DNA of 64,000 nt from Octopus bimaculoides (Eukaryota). The notes beneath the pieces were generated by a model. It was not told the origin of the DNA, made no database searches, and saw only the letters and a list, made by a program, of their open reading frames with translations. Below, piece by piece: positions 25,880 through 38,217 of this stretch. Made by a program: the position numbers and the translations under genes. The DNA is taken from the NCBI RefSeq assembly GCF_001194135.2, contig NC_069003.1, positions 8,530,240 through 8,594,239 on the forward strand. The letters are read 5' to 3'. The number at the start of each line of letters is the position of its first letter. Position 1 is the first letter of the stretch.

Positions 25880-26069
25880 CAATATTAGTTCGAACATTGT
25901 GGTTCTTGAATAATATAACCTTGTCGGTATGACTGGGAGATTGAGAAGCTTGCTTTGCAACCAGATAGCTTTGGGTTCAGTCCCACTATGCGATTGCCTT
26001 TAACTATAATTCCTGGCCCTATCAACGGCTAGCGTGTGAATTTGGGTGATACAAGCTACATGAAAACCC

Positions 26070-26130
<61 letters not shown>

Positions 26131-26529
26131 ATGTGTTTCAGTTGAAACATTCCTGTCACAACATGGGACCTTGAAGGCTGCTAAAGTGCGACTATATATA
26201 CTATATATTCTATATCCTACATTAATATTATAAGAATATAAATAAAACAGAAAACAGAGTTGGAATTCCCTTGAATAATATATTCCTCTATACACAATCA
26301 TACAAACCCCTTTATATATATTTATATATATATATATATACATACATACACACATACATATATGTTTGTATATATATATATATGTATATATATATACATA
26401 TCTACATATATATATGTATATATATTTATATACATACAGATATATACATATAGTCATATATGTATATATATTTATATACATACAGATATATACATATATA
26501 CATATATGTATATATATTGATATACATAG

Positions 26530-26593
<64 letters not shown>

Positions 26594-26835
26594 CTATACG
26601 ATAGATTCGTGCGTCTATATTATTGTGTTTTTCCTCCACTCCACTGCTTCACAACCGCTGTTGGTATGTCTTCGTCCAGGTAACTTAGTGGCTCGGCTAA
26701 CGAGGGGGTAGAATCACACCAGACTTTAAACAAACCCCACCCCCAAAACTGCAAGTAGTTTGGAAAATATGTTCAGCAACAGCCCATCAAGGAAGTGCAT
26801 CACTATGGTCGCAGGCCAATGACTGAAACAGGTAA
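25880..26835 (+). mobile_element. Old SINE-A split by an expanded internal AT/GT tract
   Basis: 5' half about 25880-26060, 3' half about 26630-26835 ('gcaggccaatgactgaaacaggtaaaag'). Confidence 0.6.
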
Positions 26836-26879
26836 AAGATGAAAGATAGATTTGTATATAATGCGTTATATAAAATGTG

Positions 26880-27205
26880 AAGGTGTGCGGCTATGTGTTT
26901 AGGGTATTTGCTTCAAAAGCGTAAGTTCACAAGTTCGAAATCCGGCGGCGCCTTGTGACCTTGATCAAGATGCTTTAGTTCACTTTGCTTCAGTCCACCT
27001 AGTTAGCAAAACATGATTTGGTCCTGTGATACAAAGGAGGCTACGATTGTCACATTCCGCGTCACGCTGAATATACTCAGAGAAGTACGTTAAGAGCACG
27101 CGTGTCTATGAGGTGCTCCGTCACTTGCACGTTAATTTCACGAGCAGGCTGTTCCGTTGATCGGATCAACTGGAACCTGCGTCGTCATAATCGACGGAAT
27201 TCCAG
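26880..27205 (+). mobile_element. SINE-D head with SINE-C-type tail
   Basis: Degenerate CORE-like head, then 'cacttgcacgttaatttcacgagcaggctgttccgttgatcggatcaactggaacc'. Confidence 0.8.
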
Positions 27206-28439
27206 TTATACACGTTTGCCCTCGAAAACATTTGGAAATCTGTATTGATATTCAAAAAATTCGTTGCTGCCGTCCTTTTCCCGTCCTCTTATATAAATTA
27301 AAAGAAGTACCATTTCCAAGCTTACTCATTTCGAGCTTCCTTTCTTTTGTCGCTTCAAAAATCATTTTGGTGTGACGATTTTGTTCATTACTTTTTCGTT
27401 TTTTTCTTTTTCATATCTTAAATCAGTCATCCCCAACTAAATGAACATAAAGAAATGTAAAGAAGGAAGTATAACTTTCCATGTATGAAACAAAATTTAA
27501 TTAAATATATGTTGCACAAATCCTATATTTTATTCATGATCCTTCTAAGTACCAAAATGTTGCTACATAAATATATTGAAACATCGAATCTAATTTGTTG
27601 AATATTTAAAAATGGAAGTCTTGTTTGTAAACTCATTTATTTCTCTATTTATTTGTTTATCCATTAATCTATTTATTTATGTATTGGTTCTCTATTCTGA
27701 CTTCAATAATTTTCTGTGGTTTCTATTAGTTAGGAAGATAAATAAGCAAATACTATAAGTATTGATTTTTTCGATTGGTATATGTTATCGATATTGGTTG
27801 AATCGACTTCAGTGCAGACACGGCACTGGAGATATATATAAACAGCGGGGACACTTTGCTCCATGCAGAAACTGCAAGAACTAATCAGCTGTGTTTAAAG
27901 CTCCTTTTCTGAATCCAACGCAATGCCGTTGGAAACCCACCTGCATCATCAACATGTGTCGCAGGGTCACAAGCGTTTCGACACTTATAACTGTACGCTT
28001 CGCTTGAGTCAGGCAGCGAGAAGTGAATTAGTCTTCGCCTGCGCAATGGTTCCACCTGCTGTCTCTTGTCAAACACAGCCCCATTGAACTCATTTCAGCT
28101 GTCATACCTATCTTTTTGATGGGTTTCGTCGGGTTGTTAGGATTCTAGAGCAATTTTCTACAGGAGTAAACAGTGAAGTTAAACGTCCCACCAAAGGCAG
28201 GATACGAACTCAGAAACTAGAGGACAGTAACAACTAATATCACAAAGAAGAGAGAGAGAGAGAGGGTGTTTAATTGTCTTGCTTTTACACGGGACAAATC
28301 CAGTATTAAAAAAGGAAAGTTACTTACTACAAAAATATTGGACAATATAAATATACGAAGTTTGATCAAAACGTATATGGACTTTGGTAACGGAGCTGAA
28401 ATACGCAGATTGACTTTGAACTCTGTTGCGCATGCACAT

Positions 28440-29152
28440 TAAGGCATATTGTTCTCGTTCATTTCCCGTTGTTTATAGTAGTGCTTGGAAATAAAGAGCT
28501 TAGAGTGTGTTCTCAAAAACAAAACAAAAAGAAATCGGGTTTCTGTTGGTGAAAAGGTGTATATGCCGGCATACAAGAATGGAAAGCAGTGTTGGGAAGA
28601 TAGCATAATTACCAAATGCATAGGTGAAATGATGTATTGGGTAAAAAGTAGAATAGGCATGCAAAAGAGACACAGGAACCAACTGAAAAAGAGATTCATG
28701 GGAAGCGAACCAAAGAAGAGGAACCGATGGAATGGTTGTACGATACGTTCCAAGTAACAACAGCACTGCAGATGATTGAACTCAGGTATACAAGTGAGAA
28801 AAAAAAAACATACAGAAAATAAATACGAAGCACAAAAAAATATCAAATTGCACGAAAAAGAAAACAAAATTCAAAATAGGGAGATGGGGCTGAATACAAA
28901 AATTATTGCTAAGTAAAATGACACTTCCTAAGAAAAACTTAAAAGCGGAGATGTTGTAGGGAATTAGTAATAATGTTACACCCCTCCCACGTGACATGGA
29001 ATAACCTAGTCACTGTAAGTAAAGGGGGTACGGGTAGACTGTGTTGCGTGTCATGCCTTACAGAGCTAAAAGCTTTACTGCGATAGCCAAAGTGCACGCT
29101 ATAATAATCCAACATTATTAGGATTACAACAGTACCGAGTACAGATACAACA
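28440..29152 (+). mobile_element. Gypsy-type LTR retrotransposon 3' relic: integrase C-terminal tail, PPT and 3' LTR
   Basis: VGEKVYMPAYKNGKQCWEDSII...YWVKSRIGMQKRHRNQLKKRF; purine tract aaaagcggaga (28941-28951), then tgttgta at 28952 with its inverted counterpart tacaaca at 29125-29131 and 29146-29152. Confidence 0.75.
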
Positions 29153-29155
29153 ATA

Positions 29156-29363
29156 TTTATTTTCGTATAGCCTCCACGCATATATTTTCGTCTAGGCTCC
29201 ACGTATATATTTTCGTCTAACCTTTACGCATATATTTTCGTCTAGCCTTCACGCATGTATTTTCGTTCTGCCTCCACACATATATTTTCGTCCTGCCTCC
29301 ACACATATATTTTCGTCCTGCCTCCACACATATATTTTCGTCCTGCCTCCACGCATATATTTT
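29156..29363. repeat. 25-bp minisatellite, 8 copies (tatattttcgtcctgcctccacaca)
   Basis: The 'cctcc'-type anchor recurs every 25 bp from 29171 to 29346. Confidence 0.95.
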
Positions 29364-30466
29364 ACATGCACACACACGCACATACAAACATACACAAAAC
29401 AGTCTTACATAAACTAAATTCCACACTCTTCAGACACGTACTTCACAAACATTGCACTTACATCCGTTCATACCCTCCTATACTCACACTTTCAGTCAGA
29501 TATATCTAACATATACACAATATAAATATTTTATGCGGTAGAAACGATATTTATGGTAAATCTATTTAGCCATTGTTTCCTTCTCTCTCACTCTCTCTCT
29601 CCCCCTTCCATCATTGCCTGTGTGTATGTCTCGGTTTCTGTCTCTTTCTCTCTATATTCTCTTCTTTGTTAATCGTCGTCTGTTTATTATCCTGGGTAGA
29701 GCAGAACCAGGTCATTGATGCTTAAATGCTCTGAATCCTTTCGGTAATACGACGTTTATTATTTAAATGGAGAGGGTAAACGACGGAGACGGAGAGAGAG
29801 AAACAGAAACAGAAAGACAGAGAGAAAGAGAGAGGAGGAGCAAGCCGGTGAGTGTGAGACATATATATTTTCGTAATAGCAGTACTGTTACTGTAGAAAT
29901 GGCGAATGAACCTCGCGGCGTCCATTCTGCAAAGAAGGATATTAGTCAGAACATTTCTCAGGTCGAAAATGGACCGAAGTAATTTTATAGCAATTTCCAA
30001 CTCCATGATCTGTTAACGCTGCTGGTCATAACAGATATAAATCTTGCTTTTAACTATGATCTCCGCGATAATCTCCATAATTTTGTGTAAAGTGATCTTC
30101 TGGTTGTCTGCCAAAATATTATGGCTTGGCTGTCGCATGGCCGCAAAAAGTTTTGTTCGTTGAATTCTAAAGAGCTTTTCTAATAACTGTGAGAACAATC
30201 TAAATCTAAGCCTGTAACTCTGGAGAATGATTCCTTGTTACGTTATCATCATCATCATCACCCTTGCCATCATCATCATCAATATTGCCATCATCATCTT
30301 AATTATTTTTATTGAATATCAAAACAAAAATACTTTCATAATTTATCAATGTATTAATGTTGTTTTAAATGTTACAGCATATTCAATTACAATGTCTATC
30401 AACAAAAAACAGAGAGGGCGAATACACACACAATAATGTGTGTGTGTGTGAGAGCGTGTATGTGTA

Positions 30467-30504
<38 letters not shown>

Positions 30505-30938
30505 GTATGTTCATATGTGTTTATATATGTTTATATATATATATATATTATATACTATATTATTTCATATTATATATGTACATGTGTATATATATGTATA
30601 TAATGAGATGAAGCAGAAGAGCGGAAATAAGCAACATCCCTGAATGAATTATTATAAAGGAGTGACTAAGTTAATGTTTGAGTACATTCATACATTATTA
30701 CCGCTATGGCATAATATTCTATNNNNNNNNNNNNNNNNNNNNNNNNNNNNNNNNNNNNNNNNNNNNNNNNNNNNNNNNNNNNNNNNNNNNNNNNNNNNNN
30801 NNNNNNNNNNNNNNNNNNNNNNNNNNNNNNNNNNNNNNNNNNNNNNNTATATATATATATATATATATATGCATATGTGTGTGTGTGTCTATTACATATA
30901 TGTGTATATATATTTCTATATAAATATGTCTATGTGTG

Positions 30939-30969
<31 letters not shown>

Positions 30970-31160
30970 ATACAATATTTTTACCAAATTTTGGTATAAA
31001 TCTATAAATACATATATATATACATGTACATATGCATGTATATGTGTATAAAGATATATATGTATGTATGTATATATATTTGTATGTATGTATGTACGTA
31101 TATATATTTGTATGTATGTATGTATGTATATATATTTGTATGTATGTATGTATATATATT

Positions 31161-31224
<64 letters not shown>

Positions 31225-32111
31225 AACCACGTCTCTACCATACATAGAAGTGAAAGAGTCATGCCATCTATTCACTGAGACTAGAAACAACATTTTTATT
31301 TTATTTATGCGTTTGTTTTGTATTTGCCTTTTGCTTTTTTCTTTTTTTTTTTTACCTTGTTTCTACTTTTTCTGTTTCTTTTCTTGTTTTTCGTTTGCTT
31401 TACTGCACTATAATTCAAACCTATCAAATAACTTTTAAATAAGTTTAACATTTTTATTATTGTCTTTTTTCTTTTAAAACAGCCTGAGGGACAGTTCTAT
31501 GCATCCACAGCTATACACATCCACATAAGTAGCTGTCTTATTAAATATATATCACACATCAAAAGAACCACATTTCAACAGAATATTTTGCTTCGTTAAA
31601 TTCACTGAATTCAGAACAGAGCATATATACACATTCAGCCATAATTATTGAGCGAAATAAGTCTGCAAATAGTTTTAAAAATACATTTCATTTTGTCGAT
31701 TTAAATACTTCTGTTTTCAATTAACAAGAGAGTGGCTTTGATAGTCGACTAATCTCCCTTCTTACCTAAAACGTATCAGATATTTCAAAATGAGAATTCT
31801 TTCCTGATTATTTCGCTCGTACAAATAATGAAACGATATGTCTAGTCGGCATAAAATCGTTGAAGCAATAAGCACTGAACCAAATTATTGGCATTTGTGG
31901 TGTGCTAACCATTGTCCAAATTCATCTAATCGATATAATTAAAGTGATAAGAAACCTCGGAATTCTCCATTGAATAAATAAATGAATGAATGAATAAATA
32001 AATAAATAAATAAATGAATGAATGAATAATCATTAATTGTTTTTCTGTAGGAGTGTATTCAATTAACTCGTCTTTACCTATGCACTACCAGTATAAAATT
32101 TTATATAGGGG

Positions 32112-32448
32112 CTAAAGAAAAAAAAACATCAATCTTCGTTTATAACGGAGGGGCTGTTTAAAGACGAAAACCGTGATAAACGAATCGGTGACAATTGAAT
32201 CATTGATAAATGAATCATGTTCAAATTCGCGGCCCACGACAAACAAACTACCACCGTCATATATTTTCTTAATCGTTTCTCTTTTACGATCAAGCACGTT
32301 CGTATCGGAATGAATGTTAGCTTCATTGAGACTAAAGTCGCGGCACACAGCGGAGCATATTTTCTTCCAGCTTCCAACATCAGGTATTTTCTTAATCAAC
32401 TCAACCGTTTTCTTGTTTGCTTTGTCTATTAGGATCAAACGCTTTCAT
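32112..32448 (-). other. Candidate coding segment or pseudogene of unknown product (possible ubiquitin-like/KHA-type fold)
   Basis: A non-repetitive frame stays open for about 110 codons; the ATG at 32448 is one base out of frame (ATGAAAGCG), and removing one A gives MKRLILIDK... Confidence 0.4.
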
Positions 32449-32853
32449 ATTCCAATGAAAGGTAGAATCATTAACACCAAACTCGCAACACACAACATTC
32501 AAGCTTACACCATCACATTTTTTTTTCTTATATTTCTTTTCCGATAGACAATACACTTGTTTGCATCGTTTGTTTATAAGGATCGGCCTCCTTCATGCAT
32601 TTCCAGCTCACAGTCTCCATGCTGATGGGTACGAGTACGCAGATCCGTATTAAAATATATGCAACATTGTAGATATTTATCACTTAAGTATATATGAGCA
32701 TGTGTAAGTATACAAATATATGCATGAGGATACATACATGAAGCAAAACATACAAATCTGCTTATATACATACATACATACATACATACGTTCATACATA
32801 GATACATACATATATGCATTCATGCATACACAGATATAAATAATTAGGTACCG

Positions 32854-33301
32854 GTGTAGTATGTGATCTACACACATGTTTCTGGTATAGCTTGTGAACT
32901 ACATTAGTTCAAATGGTATAGTTTGTGATCCACATCGACTTTTGGATCTATATTTAAAATTCATCTATTTACTCACATTCCAGTTGGTTTGGTACATGGT
33001 ATATAAACCAAAAATGCTTTTCTGATTTAAACATTTTTAGTCCTGAGCCCATTGAAAGAAGTCATGATGAGAGCAAAAGAACTTTACACTCAGATTATTC
33101 GAGATGGAGAATAATCTGCAATAGAATTTCTCCGACGCTATGAACTCTTTGATGAACATAGAGATGTTGACCCGTGCAGCAAATGTGGAGGAGAAATGGC
33201 AGAAAAATGAAAAAGGTGAAGACTGTCCTGTTTTTCGTTTCACAAAGAGTGTTGATTTAAGTTGCTGTAGATCACAATGGCTTGTAGATCATATACTACA
33301 C
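32854..33301 (+). mobile_element. Internally deleted Merlin/IS1595-like DNA transposon (MITE-sized)
   Basis: 19-bp TIRs with 1 mismatch (gtgtagtatgtgatctaca / tgtagatcatatactacac); relic MMRAKELYTQIIRDGE*SAIEFLRRYELF...PCSKCGGEM at 33064-33210; no TSD seen. Confidence 0.6.
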
Positions 33302-33916
33302 TGACACCTATAACTAAAAGCAGAAAAGTACATGTACATGATACATACGACGGAATCTCACAGAGTTTCCGTCTACCAAATCCACTCGCAAAGAATTGAT
33401 TGTCTGGAAGCTATAGTAGAATGCACTTACCTAAGCTGGTGCGCAGTGGGACTGAACCTGTAAGCTCTTGGTTGCAAAGCGAACTTCTTAACCACAAAAC
33501 TATCCCTCACCGAGCACCAAAATAAACAGAACAATAAAGGAACTGTGTATCTGGAATATTCATTGATAAATATTTAGACAGACGGGAGATCTTATTATGC
33601 AAAAATATTGATGTAAAATAAAGGACGACTGCTACGTATTAGTAAGTTTTTCAATAAAAACAGACACTATCTGTAAGTTCTTTTGCTACATGTGGTGATG
33701 CATCAACGTTGAGCGGGAAATTAAGTCAGCTTCAAAAGCCGCATCATCATATGGGTTCTACAATACAGCTTTAATAATTCAAACGTTCTCTACATCAACC
33801 GGAAACGCTATTTACCTGTCTCCCGCTTTGCTACTAATTAGGAGTTAATTTATTCATGTGGAGAAATTGAATGAAATGGCTAGTGTAAATATTGTGTGTG
33901 TGCGTGTATGTATGTG

Positions 33917-33960
<44 letters not shown>

Positions 33961-34188
33961 TATATTTTTGTGTGNNNNNNNNNNNNNNNNNNNNNNNNNN
34001 NNNNNNNNNNNNNNNNNNNNNNNNNNNNNNNNNNNNNNNNNNNNNNNNNNNNNNNNNNNNNNNNNNNNNNNNNNNNNNNNNNNNNNNNNNNNNNNNNNNN
34101 NNNNNNNNNNNNNNNNNNNNNNNNNNNNNNNNNNNNNNNNNNNNNNNNNNNNNNNNNNNNNNNNNNNNNNNNNNNNNNNNNNNNNNNN

Positions 34189-34228
<40 letters not shown>

Positions 34229-34239
34229 TATATTTTTGT

Positions 34240-34447
34240 GTGTGTATATGTTTGTCCCTCCCCACCATCTCTTGACAACCGATGCTGGTGTGTTTATGTC
34301 ACCGTAACGTAGCGAGTCGGCAAAAGGGACCGATAAAATAAGTACAAGGCTTACAAAGAACAAATCCTGGGGTCGAATTGCTCGACTGGAAGCAGTGTTC
34401 CAGCATTGCTGCAGTCAAACGACTGAAACAAGTAAAAGAATAAAAGA
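34240..34447 (+). mobile_element. SINE-A 3' half
   Basis: 'caccatctcttgacaaccgatgctggtg...gactgaaacaagtaaaagaataaaagaa'. Confidence 0.9.
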
Positions 34448-34604
34448 ATATATATATATATATTGTTGCGTCTGGGGAGAGGCATACTGCCTTAGGCACA
34501 ACAAGATTTATTTCAACTCCCGAATTCATATAAAGAATCTTGCAAACGAGATACGGAAAACGAAATATATATATATGCATATATATGTGTATCTCGAGTC
34601 TGTG

Positions 34605-34714
<110 letters not shown>

Positions 34715-34944
34715 CGTGTGTTTTTCTATATATATATATATATATGTGTGTGTGTATCTCGAGTATGTGTTTTTCTATATCTATCTATCTATCTATATAT
34801 ATATTTATATATGTATATATATATATATATATATATAAAGAAAAGAAATGAATGACAAGGAAATAAGAAATTATGTCATGAACCATATATGTATATACAG
34901 AAAGGGAGAGAGAGAGACAGATAAATCTACGATATTATTGGGGC

Positions 34945-34975
<31 letters not shown>

Positions 34976-35756
34976 ACATATACAGCAGCATACATACGTA
35001 CATGTTCTAACTAAACAGAAAAAGAACAAAAAAAAAATTCTCTCAATGCAGTCATAGAGTATATAAATTTTAATCTGGTGACGAAAATATATTTCGGTGC
35101 CCACACATAAATATAGACATCAAAGTGATTTCTGAACCAATTTGTGATACACTATCTAAGCTGGTTTACCAGCAAAGAGGACATAAGAGGGAAAAAATAA
35201 CCCAGCTTACCATTAGTTTTCGCTGATATATACATATAGTTCTGTTGTTAAGTCCGTAAGTTTCGTAATTGCCGTAAAACTTGAAGAAAAAATGCTAAGT
35301 AAGATAGTAACTGGTTGAGCTTTTGCTTAGAACTAAACACTGAAACTTCGATGAATGTGAATTAACGAAAAATATCTTTGATGTCGATGTTAACTCCGAT
35401 GTCCATATGGATATATACTTTTATATTATTAGATAAATATAATTATTATACTGACGTCAGCATTTAGTTATTTCACATCTAACGTATGGAAATACATAAT
35501 GTGGTATATGTTCTCTGATTGATATTAATGTTTAGCCTTCCGTGAACATCACAAGATGAATCTTTTTTGCCATGTTTTTTTAAAACCTACGTAGGTGAAT
35601 AGTGAGTTCGCTGAGTGTACAGTGGTTTGATCACATTTTATTTTCATCTTTATCTGATGTGTTATAATAAAACTGAGATATGCACGGCAAACAGGAAGAA
35701 TAAAAACAATGACAAACATACAAACTAATCCCTGAATAAATGACACCGGATAGAAT

Positions 35757-36245
35757 GGCATAGTAAAAAAATGCCATAATAAAAATGTCAAAGTAAAAAT
35801 GCTATGGGAGATAATTGTATAGGAAAGAATTTGCCACAGGAAAAAATACCATAAGAAGCAATGCCACAAGAAAGAATGTGACAGGAAAACATTCCACAGG
35901 AAAAAGGTCAACAGGAGAAAATATCAAATGAAAAATGTCACAGGAAAATGTGCTACAGAAAAAATGTCACAGCAAAAAGTTCCACATGAGAAACCGTCAA
36001 AGGAGAAAGTTCATAGGAAAACAGGTCTCAGGAAAAAAATTCTACAGGAAAAAATGTCACAGGTAAAACGTCACAGGAAAAGTTCCACAGGAGAAAAGGA
36101 CACACGAAAAAAGTCACAGGAAAAAGTGCCGCAGGAGAACTATGTCACAAGAAAAAAATGTCAGGAAATAATGTTTCAGGAAAAACTGTCAAGGGAGAAA
36201 ATTCCACAGGAAAAAATTGTCACAGGAAAAATTCAACGGTAAAAA
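35757..36245 (+). repeat. Degenerate tandem array of about 14-17-bp units (GT)CACAGGAAAAA
   Basis: Roughly 30 imperfect units with strong strand asymmetry; the K/E-rich 104-aa ORF derives from it. Confidence 0.85.
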
Positions 36246-36299
36246 TGTTAATAAGATGACACAGGTAAAAATGGAATATATACATGCAATATATACATC

Positions 36300-36380
36300 T
36301 AAAACAAATTTTTTCATTGGCCACTAAAATAAAATTGCGGATCTTCCAAAATATTATATGGACCCCGATTGAGAACCACT
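36300..36380 (-). mobile_element. Single hAT-type MITE end
   Basis: Reverse complement 'agtggttctcaatcggggtccata' resembles hAT/Charlie-type CAGTGGTTCTCAA termini; the partner end was not found. Confidence 0.35.
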
Positions 36381-36439
36381 TTTTGAGACGGTGTGTGTTT
36401 ATATCATGTTCAGTTTTTCCACAATATATTAAGAATGAA

Positions 36440-37300
36440 TAAATACGTTATTGTTTGGATACTCGCTGCTCTAGGGGCTCCTCTGAAATTATAAAATGAA
36501 ATGTCCTTAATCAAAGAGATAAAACTGGAGGATAGCTCTGTTTTCATAAGACATGCATAAATAGCTGATCTACAAAAGGGACAAGGATGCATCCAAACCT
36601 CTAAATTATAAGAAAAAGTGAATAAGATATCACTCATATTACTTCGTAAGAAGCATGGGGCCCGTTTCCCGGTTTCTCTCGTGCATATACTTCTTCCTGG
36701 ACCTATCCAACGCCGGTCCGTTGCAGAATTACTCCCTTTTACTTACTGAGTGGACTGGAGCAACGTGAAATGAACTGTTTTACTTAAGAGCACGACACAC
36801 CGCCCGGTCCAGGAATCGAAACCACAATCTTACGATCATGAGTCCAACCATTAAGCCATGAGTCTCTACTCACTCATTATAATTAGCTGTCCAAAAATGC
36901 CTACAAGATACAGCATGAAATATGACATTGTCGCCAAAATAGTCCTCGATTCTGTATGCAGGAAAGATTGTTCTGGCTGAATTAGCAAAAATACACAGGA
37001 AACAAAATATCCACAGTTTAAAAAATAATATCGGTGGAATATTCCATTTACAAAGTGACAATCCAGAGTAAATACAGTAGGCCAGATATAGACTCGTTGG
37101 ACGATGTGCACTGTTGTATAGATCCGTTGTCCAGAGAAAGTACATGTTTCTTTAAAACTTGGGGAAACGGGATAAACAATCATGGAGAAATGATGAGAAA
37201 CCTTCAGCTCTTATAGCCAAGCTGCACATTTTCATTTGCTCCTAATATGGTTATATTGGCTTCCATAACAACAGATCTGCATAAAAGCCTAAACGTACCG
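36440..37300 (+). mobile_element. Decayed RLE-type non-LTR retrotransposon C-terminal relic, interrupted by a SINE
   Basis: DITHI | IISCPKMPTRYSMKYDIVAKIVLDSVCRKDC, WNIP, KYSRPDI, GEMMRNLQLL and ITTDLHKSL. Confidence 0.7.
36642..36869 (-). mobile_element. SINE-D head with a third tail type, nested in the RLE relic
   Basis: 'gtggtttcgattcctggaccggg...tttcacgttgctccagtccactcag'; flanked by tcactcat at 36630-36637 and 36870-36877. Confidence 0.8.
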
Positions 37301-38185
37301 ACGATGACTGAAACATCTGGCTATCGAATCTGTAACTGTGCAGCTGAACTCCGATCTACTCTGCTCGCAGGTGGCGAACAACTTTAGCGATTTGACTGAC
37401 GAGCAGCTCACCTCGAGTCTGCGGCGTTCACACATATCGAACAACATTATCGGAAACTCGGCATACAATCCACCAAAATCCACTCTGTGGAACTCACACG
37501 TACCAAGTTACCATCCCGTGTATTTATCCGTCATTTCTTGACTCAGAACCCAAGAATAGGGACAGGCTATCTAAAGATACATGCAACATATATTCGGATC
37601 AAACGGTCTCTTCGTTACGTTAAGTTATTCAGAACAGAATCGGCTCTCGTTTTAATAAATCAGTGGTTTCGTTCGTTCGTTATCGCCAGTTGTTTAATTA
37701 AGCAGGAATTATTATTATGAGAAATGTTAGCGATGAAGAGATTAGATGAAGGCAGATTTACTAAATAAATACTAGTGTACTGACGTAGACTGATTATAAC
37801 AGCTAGAGTTGCAGTCTCCTTTAGATTTATTAACGAGCGGCCACGGGATTAACACAAGTTAAAGCTGTATAATCATACATTGCTGTCAGTAGGAGATTTG
37901 TCGTTATTAATAGTGTAGCCAGAGAACTTTATAAGAAGTACAGCTGCGACAGGGGTTATTTTTCTTCAAATGAAGCTTTAATTGCAGCTGATGGCTGTAA
38001 GATTAATCACAAATTGTATGAATTACATCTCTAATTGAGAATTCCTTGTATAATGGCAAGTTGAGAAATTGGAACTTACATAAGATGAATTTAATTTCCT
38101 ACAATAACCAAAACGAAGGAAATAAAGTCTTTGTGAGACATCGGAATAAATGTAATATCTCGAATTATATATATATATATATATA

Positions 38186-38217
<32 letters not shown>

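Noticed and set aside
29156-29363. CRISPR-like array
   Set aside because: The units are contiguous with no unique spacers, the context is eukaryotic and there are no cas genes.
33950-34245. Identical sequence on both sides of gaps (also 40830-40921)
   Set aside because: Typical unmerged contig overlap, so an assembly artefact.
35928-36242. 104-aa K/E/Q-rich ORF as a gene
   Set aside because: It lies entirely within the A-rich tandem array, which rarely generates stops.
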